Assembly (NCBI GenBank): GCA_002269645.1
Contig: NIVC01000463.1
Location: forward strand, 124,001 to 188,000
Reading direction: 5' to 3'
Origin: Macrostomum lignano
Lineage: Eukaryota
Length of the DNA: 64,000 nt
Position numbers and translations under genes: made by a program. The notes below the pieces were generated by a model. That model was not told the origin of the DNA and searched no databases. It saw only the letters and a list, made by a program, of their open reading frames with translations. Positions within the stretch are counted from its first letter, which is position 1; every line of letters begins with the position of its first letter. Of the stretch, positions 49,196-60,260 are shown piece after piece.

Positions 49196-50383
49196 TAATA
49201 GTTATGAACTTCTCTGCTAATTTTACTTGAAACTTTGGCTGATGATCATTGCCCCATGCTGTACGCTCATTATTCAACGTTTTAAGATCATTATTCAAGG
49301 CTACTAAATACATTCATGAGACAATGTGCTTGTTCATATCGCGAAGTCGCAAAGCCACCTTGCTGTTTTTACGATTTCCCCTTGCCGGTTGTTGAAGTTG
49401 CCGTCGTTGACATAAACTATGAGGTACATATTGTTACCAAGGACCACTAGAAGAAGAAGGACGGGACACTTCGTTTCTTGAGAAATTTATTAAAGGCTGT
49501 TTTTCACGGAAAAATGCACTAGCGAGATAGGAACTTTTCACTTTTCACTCTGGTTCAATTTTGACAATACACGTTTAGTCAACTTTTCTTTGGGAGAATT
49601 CGGTAACAAAAGTAATCAAATGAAAGCCTGAACGGGGTGAAAGTTATCTGTGCAAAATCAGCTTATTCTGACTTCGCTTTTGGGGTCTACAAGTATTGAT
49701 AAAAAAATTTTCTCCATCCTTTTACACACAGAGGCTAAAATAGCCTGACTGGTTGGGCCGCAAAGTCCAATTCTATTTTGACAGAGTTGCTTCAAAACTG
49801 ACACTCACATATTGCTTACGTACTTATTTACATATTGAGATTCTATAAAGGCACAAAGTCATAGACGCGATTAAGTACATTTGAAATTACTTGTGGCACA
49901 TTCGAGGTTAAGCAGGTATAGTTCAGAACCCTTTTTAGCATCTATGCGTATTGGTAGATTAAGTATATGGTTTTGGAGGTAGACAATTTTTAATTTTAGT
50001 CACTCGTGGCGAAATGGCTTTGTGTTTTTATAGAATCTCAATATGTAAATAAGTAAACAATGTGGTAAAATTAGAAATATGTACCTCATAGTTTATGTCA
50101 ATGAGAGAGACTTCAAAATTCAACAACCGGCAAAGGGAAATCGTGAAAACAGCAAAGTGAATAAACTAAACGGAAACCAGTCGATCTCCAAAATTCTTCC
50201 TGTGTTGACACTTGATTTGGTAACTTCAAACCTTAGGCGATTATATCTTAAGAACTTAGGCTTGATTGGCTTTATTGTCTATGGCAGTTGGCTGCTGCCA
50301 GTGCACTCACACTGGGTTGTGCAGACTTTCATATCATCAGGCGCCTACATGGATCCATGAACTATTGATTTTTCATCGCACAG

Positions 50384-50524
50384 AGTCCCGATGAGGCTGA
50401 GGATGAGGCCGAGCATGCTGAAGCCGGCGACCAAGTCGGCAGATGCCAGTGGCTTAGCCAGAAGAACATCAACGCTAGAAACCGAACCGTGTCTCAGACT
50501 CTGCCGCAACTGTCCGCTCGCTGA
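50384..50524 (+). CDS. Candidate PFKFB terminal exon
   Basis: TTTTCATCGCACAG acceptor, phase 0 reads SPDEAEDEAEHAEAGD...QLSAR*; GC-rich, but alternative acceptors and frames exist. Confidence 0.3.
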   Translation, partial: SPDEAEDEAEHAEAGDQVGRCQWLSQKNINARNRTVSQTLPQLSAR

Positions 50525-51033
50525 AAAGCTGAAAAGCCCATCCATTATAGAATTATTTTGCTGACTAAAATGCGTCTGATTTGATTTTAATACAGATTAT
50601 TTTGTTTCTTATCCGTTCGGTTTCATTTTTAGCTAGATCGATCTATTTTTTCCCAAACAGCACCTACTGTAGATTGCTGACCTATGCTCGGCACCAGCTA
50701 ACCTTTTCCTTAATTCGCTTAGCAACGTAGAAAGAAACAACGTCCTTCAGTTAACATCGCCGAAATTTGTGCAACCTTTTGAATTTGCATAGTCAGAAGA
50801 AGTCTTTTATTTGAGTGGGGCCCCTAAGAGCTTATCATTCTGCACGAATCGCCAATGAGTCTTTGCTTAACTCCTGTGCTTTCGAGTTCGAGTGTTTTAA
50901 TCATAAACAGTGATATATGGATTAGCAATATAACCAGTGTCGGATGTATTTCATTCTACTTATATGAGAAGGCTAAATTCACAGATTCTATGTACCTAGA
51001 TGTGTCACTCCAGGATTCGGTAATTTCATTTAG

Positions 51034-51198
51034 AGACCGTCTTTAAGGCCCCGAAAGCCCGTGCGATTAAGGCCCGCAAATTTACGAAGTACATGCCCAA
51101 CTTCGAAATTTCACCCGACTGTGCGACTTACTTTTTGACCAAAAATGCCTACGAGACTTACGAGAGAACCTCTAAAGCAAAAATTTACGAAATTCTAG
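51034..51198 (+). CDS. Candidate orphan internal exon (165 nt, phase 1-1)
   Basis: TTCATTTAG acceptor, G/GTAAAC donor, GC3-rich open frame TVFKAPKARAIKARKFTKYMPNFEISPDCATYFLTKNAYETYERTSKAKIYEIL; family not recognised and the opposite strand is also partly open. Confidence 0.3.
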
Positions 51199-52599
51199 GT
51201 AAACGGCAGAAGTAACTATAACAGTAATAATAAGGCTAAATGTCTCGTCATCTAATTAGTACTACGTCTGTATTTTTTTGTTCGGCGTTTTTGCGACTTA
51301 CCTTGGCCAGACCTCTCGCCATCCGGCCGGGTCGGCCAGGTGTTGGGCATGTAGGGCCACAGACACTCGGTGCTGCTGCTAATGCTTGAGAGCAGCCGAA
51401 GCTACAGTCTATGGTCTTAACCTTAAAATGCTGGAGTGGCCCATCTATATAGAATATAGAATTTGTGGCTAAATCCACGTGAATCACTCTTGATCCTTAC
51501 TTTGCTGCCCATTTTTGCAAATTTTATTTGTTTATTTTTATTCCAAATTTCGCCATAGCTAAAATCTACTCCTATAGTCTTTAGTTTTCAGTCTATTGCC
51601 AATCTTACTTTAAGATTGCTTTTGATTAACTAACGCGCGCTGTTGTTGGAATTTTATATTTTTACTGCTGTTTTTACTATCGATTTATTAGTATTTGACT
51701 TAAGTTGTTTAAGGCCCGTTTGATATTCTGTGATAATCCTGATCTCACCGAATAGAATGGAGGCATGAAATTGAGCTGCGTTTCTTTTACCGAACATCTG
51801 ATTAATGCGATCTCATTAGCAAATTTTAATTCAAATTATTATGCACAAACCGCACGGTGACGTAACTCTAGCATGCTGTTTTACAAGTAAAAAATCTTGT
51901 GATTTCTGAAAAAATATTTTTGCGTAGAGTTATACTGTACTACTATGAGTATTACCTATTTGTAGTATAGTTCTGCGCACAATTTTAACCTTCTGTTGTC
52001 AAAATGCGAACAAAAGCATTTGTTGCCTTCAGAAACATGCTATATATATTATATATATATGTGTATGTATATTTGTTTCCCTTTTGTAGCTTCTGCCGGC
52101 TATTAATCAACAGTTTTAAAAAAACAAAACAAATATAAACGCGTCATTTTTTCAAAGTTTCATTTTGCAGCGCGTTTCAGCTGCTTAAAAATGACTTTAG
52201 TTTTTCCTGTTTAACAGTTGACTGTACTTAATTTAGTCAGCCTATGCGTGTTAACGCACGGCAGTCCACTGACTGGCAAATATCTATTGCCAAGAGGCAA
52301 AAGGCAAATGTGTGCAAAGCCATCGGGCTGTCTGTGGTGAATCCTCACTTGGCGCTATGCGAAACTACAATGGGCAACAGCGTGGTGAATAGCAGAACAG
52401 ACTCAACTTGACAGAACAACACAGAATCATAAAAAATCTACATTTATGGCTATGGGATCCAGGAAATGGCACAAATAGACCTCATTCTGCACACTTTATT
52501 CGTACATGTAATCGAAATGTGGATTCGAACCAATTGTAAGAGCCGTCGGCTTCTATTTGCATTTTCTTGCTTTTCGGCTTCAATACAAATCTACATTAA

Positions 52600-54534
52600 C
52601 CTCTTCAAGACGGTGAAGATATTTGTCACTCTCCGTTTTAGTCGGAGGGGCCGAAATCGGGCCATAGACACATTCTTTCTGCTCAGACCCTGCATTCCCA
52701 TTCCAGTCGGAAAGACCAGAGTGAAAGATTTTATACATAGATGTATGTCTGTGTCTTCTGTGAGTTTAGAACTTTCTGTCACAGACAGAAGTGTTTTATA
52801 TTAATCCGCAACATTTTTAAAGTGTTTCAAAAGGCATGGCTTCGAGAAGACCTCCAACCGCAGGCTTTACTGGCTAAAAAACGCAGACTCGGTCTTGATT
52901 CCAACACCGACGAGTCTGAAATCAACGACAGTGCTGACTCGGACTCCGAGGATGAGGCCAATTCGGAGCAAGAAGAAGACGAAATTGTGGAACAACAGGA
53001 AGCCTGGAGCACGTGTTGGAGCACGACAATGAACGACCGGATCAATGTCCCGAATTTCTGGGAACAACTGGCTGCAATCCATCCTGGAATCTGCTGGATC
53101 AAGCCGATGATAATGAATCTTTCTTCGTCGCGAAGTTCTTGACAGGTAACATGTTTCAGCGTCTTTCGGACTGGACAACTGCGAGAGCTTGGAAGGAGTA
53201 CATGAATGTGCAGGAAGAGCCGGATGTGCCACCAAGGGTATGTCAGTGGAAGGACTGTAGCCCAAATGAAATTCGGAAGTTTGTGGGCATTGTGCTCTAC
53301 ATTGGACTTAACAGCCTGAATTGTGCTCTACATAGCCTGAATTGAACAGTTACTGGTCGAAGGATTTGTTCTACCACATCCTATACCTGAACCAGCCTTT
53401 CTGCCTTTCTCGCGATCGGTTTAAGAGTATAATGGGCTTCATGCAATTCTACAGTACGACTGCAACGCCGAGAACGTGGACCATGCTTAACTTAGGCTAT
53501 CACATCTTTTTGGACAGCTGGTTCAGCTCGAACCGTTTGGTCCTATGGCTTCTGGAGCGGAGCACGCTAGTCACAGGAACAGTCCGGAAGGATCGCGGAA
53601 TTCCCATGCTTCTTCAAGAGCAGAACATCCAGCCAACTTCTTCGAGATTCGCGAGGAACAGCAATGTTCTGGCGTGCATATTTGTTGACAAAAAGCAGAG
53701 CGGAACGAATATTTTCTACGTGATTGACACTTCGGGCGAGGCGGGCTGTGTCAACGTTACTGGAATTCGCCAAGGCGGCGTGGAGGAAGTGATCCAAAAG
53801 CCGGTTTGCATCGCCAACTATTGGTCTTTTTGGGCGGCGTAGATCGCCTGGACAGTGGACTCCCCCTGCAGCCGTACCATCCGAACAGGAAGTCGCAGAA
53901 ATGGTTTCAGAAGCTCAGTTTTCACACCACCTCCTTCTGGTTAGCAATGCTTGGATCGTTTACCAGAATGCTGGAGGAACAATTAAGAGCTTTCTCAGCT
54001 TCCTAGAAGTTGCGATCAAGGATTTGATTGAACAGTCTGGGCCAAACAGACGCATGCGTTTCGGTTCGGGTCGGTCGGGCACCTGTCGCAGCGGGGCACA
54101 TTTCAAGCAAGTCAGGCAGATTGTTGGGCAAAATCGACCGAGGCGTCGATGCCGACAGTGTCAAAAAGGAGACAGTGTACGTCTGCTCGCAGTGTCCTGG
54201 CGTCCCGTCACTGTATCTTGTGAACTGCTTTGGCACGTGGCACAATTAAAGAACCTTGTCATCTTTTAAAGTGTTAGAAAGCTTTAAATGCTTTTGAAAT
54301 TTGAATGAAACTTTCCCGCTATGTTTGCTGGTTTGTTACTGCTGTGGTTGTTACTGTCAATACGAGCCATCTTTGCAAAGCTTGTTTGCTTTACTTCTAT
54401 TATAGGTCGAGTTCGACCCATAGCCGACTGCAACGGTGGGTAGAGAATTTGTGTGCTGGCCATAGATATTTTGAACCGACTGCGCTGGGTTGTACATGTA
54501 AGTGGTCGAAAACTACCTTCCCGACTTCTTAAGG
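52600..54534 (+). mobile_element. Decayed piggyBac (PGBD4-like) transposon with frameshifts and an internal deletion
   Basis: TTAA/CCT at 52596-52602 and AGG/TTAA at 54532-54538, degenerate TIR (9/14); fragments WKDCSPNEIRKFVGI, YWSKD, RDRFKSIM, GYHIFLDSWFSS, GTVRKDRGIP, GGVDRLD and C-terminal RRCRQC...CSQC...CF...H. Confidence 0.85.
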
Positions 54535-54659
54535 TTAAACCGTCCGGCCTAGGCGTGGACAGCAACCATGAGCTGTCGTATCGTTGACGTCGGGAACCAC
54601 CATGCATACATTCAGAATCGATTTCTCGACACTGGGAGCCAGCCAAAGCCGTTTCTTTG

Positions 54660-54950
54660 AAGGGTCTGGCGCTAACACGCAGTGCCGTTTCCTTGACGTC
54701 TGGATCGCCACAGAGACGTTTTGAAGCAGCGAGTCACCAGATCAGCCGTTTCCTTGACGTCTTGAGCCACCTGCAGATCAGCCGTTTCCTTGACGTCTTG
54801 AGCCACCAGATCAGCTGTTCCTTGACGCAGGGCCGTGGGAGCCATACACCAGATCAGCCGTTTTCTTGACGCTGGGAGCCACACGAGATCAGACCTTTCC
54901 TTGACGCTGTGAGCCACTAGATCCACCACTAAGATCCTTGACATTGGGAG
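54660..54950. repeat. Degenerate about 33-36-bp tandem repeat (CCTTGACGTCTTGAGCCACCAGATCAGCCGTTT)
   Basis: About 8 diverged units just right of the piggyBac end. Confidence 0.8.
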
Positions 54951-56440
54951 CCATGGTACATGTAGGAGCCACCCAGAGCCAAATTATTACATGTTAGCTT
55001 TATATCCATGGGGCTACCGCACATGCGTCTCGAGCTTCGAAGCCTTCACACCGCATCTTGTAAGTCCTATTAAAGGTTTGTTGACACCGCTATTAAATAG
55101 AACTAAATTTCGTGTAATCATCACTCATCACTCATCACGACTCACTAGACTAATTGTCATCAACTTTCATTCCTTTGTAAGTCGGTCGTGTGATTTTATC
55201 TTGCGGCACAGTATGTCAAATCAAGCTTTTAACTGTTGTAATTCCTTGAGCTTTTTGTGTTTTGTGTTGTTTTTTTACATTTGCATTGCAATTTTTTTAA
55301 ACATTTGTTAAAACTAACGTAATAATTTAAATCTAAGTTCTTTTCCTTAAGAAAAGTTTTTTATACGCAAACACGCATAAGTCATCTGAAATCGGACGTA
55401 GTTTAAGTTCATCGATAGTAGTTGCGTAACCTTTAGCTGTTTATTTGGAATATCAAAACAGATATGGAATTTTGCAGCCATAAAAAGCAATACCCCGCAA
55501 AAAAGTGTTACTGATGACAATATTATGACAATTAAAGCGAATAGGCAATAGCAAAAATAGTAATGAATTTACAATAGGGCCTAACCAATTGCTACTAGTA
55601 CTACTACGCCTACGCCTGTACTATTATAGCAGCTCAACGCTCGAGTCAAATAGAATATATGTTTTTATCTTGCAAGATCCATTAGGCCTATACAACTAGT
55701 TCTACAAGGCCTAATTAAATCAGGAACTTAAGCCTTGGGCTTCCTGGCTTAGTGATTTATTTCTAATCCATATAATAATAGTAGGTCTAATAATAATCTA
55801 TAGATAGGCCTATAAATTATAATAACAAAAATTTTAAAACTCATAGTCTGTGGGTCTGTGTTTTATCATTTATTATTGTTTGATAGCCAATAGGCTAAAT
55901 TTACTCTATTATAAGCCCTATTGCTATTGCAGCAAATAGGCAATATGTGTTGCATAGGCCTACCAAACAACCTTAGGTGGGTTAGGCCTACCTAGTACAC
56001 CAATGTTTTTTAGATGAGCATGCTAGCAAAAAAAATTTTACAAAGAAAAGTGGTTGTATTTCTTCTAAATTAATTTGCTAATACTAGGCCTAGTATTTTT
56101 TTGTCAAATATATCAAATAGTGTCTTGTTGGGTCTATAAAAATAAAGATTGGCTAGGGGGAGGCTATTATTAGGCTGATTAGGCATAATCTTTTATTTAT
56201 ATCTAAATTTTATATATAATCTTAAACCTTTGGCCTAGGCCTATTATATAGGCTTTTTTATGCAAAATAGATCCTAAAAAGCCATGCTCCTTAGCCATAA
56301 CCAAAAAATATAGGCCATACTTTATGGCTTTTAACTATACTAGGTCTATTTTCTAATATTAGTTATACAGGCCTAGTGCTTGGTATAGCTCATATCCACA
56401 ACTACTGATTTAGTAGGCATTAATTTAGTAGCCTCAAAAC

Positions 56441-57294
56441 ATGGGATTTCAATCCTGGGATTTTTTGGGACTTTAAATTTTAAGATTTATGATCCTTGGG
56501 ACTAAAGCAGTGTGGGATTGGGATCCCAGGATTGTAAGGCTTAAATCCCAGGATTGTTTCAGGATTCAAACTGATTTTCTCTCTTTTTTTCTCTTTTTTT
56601 CAACTAAAACAATCATGTAAAATTGAAAAAAGATTCAACCTTTTAAAATATAAAATAATACAACTGCAGCCTACATGTCTGTATCGAAATCACACATAAA
56701 AAGCAGCAAAATTTGTTAGAGCAGTTTGTTAAGCAGAAATTTAATTTTTTTTTCATTTTCGTAAGGTGTAATTTAATTTCACATGTTCATCAGTTGCGTG
56801 ATGTCTAACACTATAACGTGGCATTAAACATGACATCACTTTGATAATTTACATTGACATTGCATAGCTAGCTATATAACCTATATTAAAACAAGTTATT
56901 ATTGTTGTAATCAATTATTATTAATTATCTTTTATGGATAAATATCATTTATTATTATCAAACAATTTTCTATTTCTATTTGTACAATAACTAGGCAAAG
57001 AGAAGTTTATTGTGTAAATATACCAGTTTGGACCATTAGCTATCATTATAAATATCATAATTATTAATAATTTCAACTATTTTACTTACTTTGTGGTCGT
57101 GGTAGAAGCTGGATGCAGATGTTTCAATACATTTAATATTGGGATCCCGGGATCCTGGGATTTTTTTGAACTTTGAAGCAGGATCCCAGGATTACTCCCA
57201 GTCGAGATTTGCTGGGATTAGTGATCCCAGGATTTTAAACCTTCAGGATTTCTTAATCCCGGGATTGTAAATTGTTGAGATTTTGGAATCCCTA
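56441..57294. mobile_element. Candidate old MITE with GGGATT/AATCCC subterminal motif clusters
   Basis: Clusters of (A)TCCCAGGATT/GGGATCCC at both ends; right end AATCCCTA; no TSD found. Confidence 0.4.
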
Positions 57295-59099
57295 TGATTT
57301 AGCCAATCTGGTCTCTATAAATTATAGTAGACCAAGGTTAAATTTCAAAAATTATTATCCAAAAGAATATAGATATAGTAAGTAACTAATTAATTAGATG
57401 ACAAGGTATTTAGCTTTGTTTAAATTAATAAAAGTCATAGAGTTAGACCTACTCTAAATGTTTATCCAAGAATCTAAAATTGTATTACTTTTTGCTTTAG
57501 GGATTCTTTTATATATAAATTAATCATTGGACATTGTTAAATTTATTAGTAAAAAATTAAGTCACATGGCCAATATAAATTAGGTTACGCATGTTAAGAT
57601 ATAAGTTTGGACTTTGCTATTAATTTGTAACTTATTTAATAGCTACTCTAGTATATATTTGTATAGTATATATATTATATATGTATAATATATTTAAAGG
57701 AACTATTGTATCTCAGTTATCAAAAATATTATTATAGTTTCTAAAAAATTATCCTAGAACTTTGAAACATTCTAAAAGCTTAATATGTAGGTATATATTG
57801 AAAGTAGGTATGTGTAATCTTGATGGACTACTTTTTATAGCTGTTACTATCAAAGCTATATCAATTATATGGATCTTTTTTTACCTTATATTTGTGGCCT
57901 ATTTCTTTAGGCCTACAATTTCAAATTTCATATCGAAGTAGCCAAATCAAGCTGTCACATTAACAGTGCATTTTGTGTTAGTACCTTATCTGAATGCACT
58001 ATATAAGATTAGTTTGTTTAGTTTTTTCAAGAAGATTTCAGCTATGAAGATTTGCTTTATTTAAAATATCCTGAAGATAAATGATGATTATCTATATATA
58101 TTCATTAAGGTTGACCCCTCAATAAACCATGTGGTGCAAGTCCTAGTCTATCAAACAATTGTCACTCATTTGCATTCAATTTCTAACCTATCTCCTCCTT
58201 CCTAATACTAAAGTTGGTGCAATGTTTGTGTGTCCGTTTGTTGCATAACTCTTCCCAGACTACTTGCAAGTCAGTGTTAAAACTTATATGGGAAAACTGC
58301 AAATTGTCCGAGGATGGCTTTAGGCTATTAAAATTTTGCATTTTCATATTTTAAGATCCCTAAAAAAGCAGAAATAGTATAACAATAGGGATTGCGAGTA
58401 CCTTGCGCAACTCTTAATGATTATGCCACAACAGCTGGCCTATCTGTGTAGTGTATTCTTTTAACTGAGGGGGTGTAGCCAGGCCGGTTGACAAACTTTT
58501 TTAGTGATTGCGCCACAACTGTGTGCACTGAGCAATGGAGCAAATAGAAACCCCCGTGTTAGGGGTGTTGAGGCGGCAGTGAAATTTAATGAATAAACGT
58601 GCAAGCATCCCACTGTAGCAGGTAGTGAATGTACTCTTAAAAATTCAATGCTCTAAATCAGAAAATTTAAACATTAACTGTTCCTCGAGTTTTAAACTTT
58701 GAAGGGAGAGACTTATATTGCTGGAAAGATCTTGCGACGCTGAGTTCGGGGATATAATTTGTTTGCTTTAAATATAGACTAAAAGCACAGCATCAAAAAA
58801 ACTATTTCCATACTTTTAGCTTTCTGCAAAGATTGTACTCATTTTGGGGTTAAATGGGCGTTCGACCAACCCCCAACAGTTGGGGGTTCAATTTCTAGCT
58901 GCCACTGCGTTTTGAAGAAGGGTCGGTCGCTGTGTACTAGAGGGTTGATATAGATTGCGCAATCTTTTTGTTAACTTTAACTGAGACTGATACTGACTGA
59001 CTGAGAAATACATTGCGCAATCAATTGATTCAATCAAATAAATATTTTATCGGTGCTTTTCAACATGCAGCTGTGTGCAGCTCTAACCCTAACCAATGA

Positions 59100-60260
59100 A
59101 TCCTGGGAGTTGAGTTCTTTTCGACGGAGAAAAATTTGATTGAGGCCAGTTTCACGGAGAGGATTTCGTTGGTTTTCATTTTCACAGAGAGGATTTTGAT
59201 AGATTTGGAGAACAGTTGGATGATGAGATTTGGGTCATGGGATTCAGCTGATGAATTTCAGGAAATGGAATTCCGGTCATGGGAGATCTTTCCCTTTCTC
59301 CTCCATTAGAGGAGTTGGCCTTGTACTTCTACTAAAACTGATATATTGTTTGTATATATGTGTGTTAGATAACTCCTCCTAAAATACTAGCAAGTCAATG
59401 TTAAAACTTATTTAGGAAAATTGAAAATTTTCCGGAATTGGCTTTAGGCTATTTTAATCTTTCATTTTCACATTTTATTAAGATCCCTAAAAAGTAGAAA
59501 ACTGCTTTTAACCTTCTTTGGCCCTTCTGTCTTTCCAGTAAAAAGGTTGGTGGTCTGTTTGTATAAAAATCCATCCCAACCTCCAAGATAAGACTGTGTC
59601 AAGATTCAATTGGTTTTATTATTGGCCCTATGTATTAGTTAAGCAATAAAATTCAATGAACAAACTTGCAAGCCTCTCAGCCTTTCAGTTTCACTAAGGA
59701 TTTTGATAGAGTTCTGTTTTACAGAGAGAATTTTGATGGATTTATGTTAGATGGAGAGGATTTTGATGGTTTTCACTTTTACAAAGAGGATTTCAATGTT
59801 TTCAGTTTCACAGAGAGGATTTCAGTGGAGTTCTGTTTTATGGATAGAATGTTGGATGGATTTGATGGATAGGTGATGGATTTCTATTTGATGGAGAGGA
59901 TTTTGATTGTTTTCACTATCATGGAGAGGATTTTGATGGATTTCTATCTCACAAAGATGATTTTGATGACTGTCTATTTGACAACAAAGATTTTGATGGA
60001 CTCCCATTACACTAGGACTTAGGGGGCTTTTGATGGATTTAAGTTTCACTGAAAAGATTTTGGTAGAGTTGCATTTCAAGGAGAGTACTTTCAAGGAGAG
60101 GATTTTGATGAATTTCTATTCATAAAAGAGGATTTTGATGGAGTATTGTTTCACGAAGAGGATTTTGATAGATTTGGAGAGGATTAAGATCATGGGATTT
60201 AGCTGATGAATTTCAAGGAATGAAATTCCAGTGATGGGAGTTCTTCCCTTTCCTTCCAAA
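59100..60260. repeat. Degenerate GAGGATTTTGATGGA-type array with a diverged about 1-kb-spaced duplication
   Basis: Recurrent GAGAGGATTTT motif; 59185-59300 resembles 60157-60255. Confidence 0.65.

Noticed and set aside
59240-59265. CTGATGA...GAAA as a hammerhead ribozyme core
   Set aside because: No stem II pairing or flanking stems.
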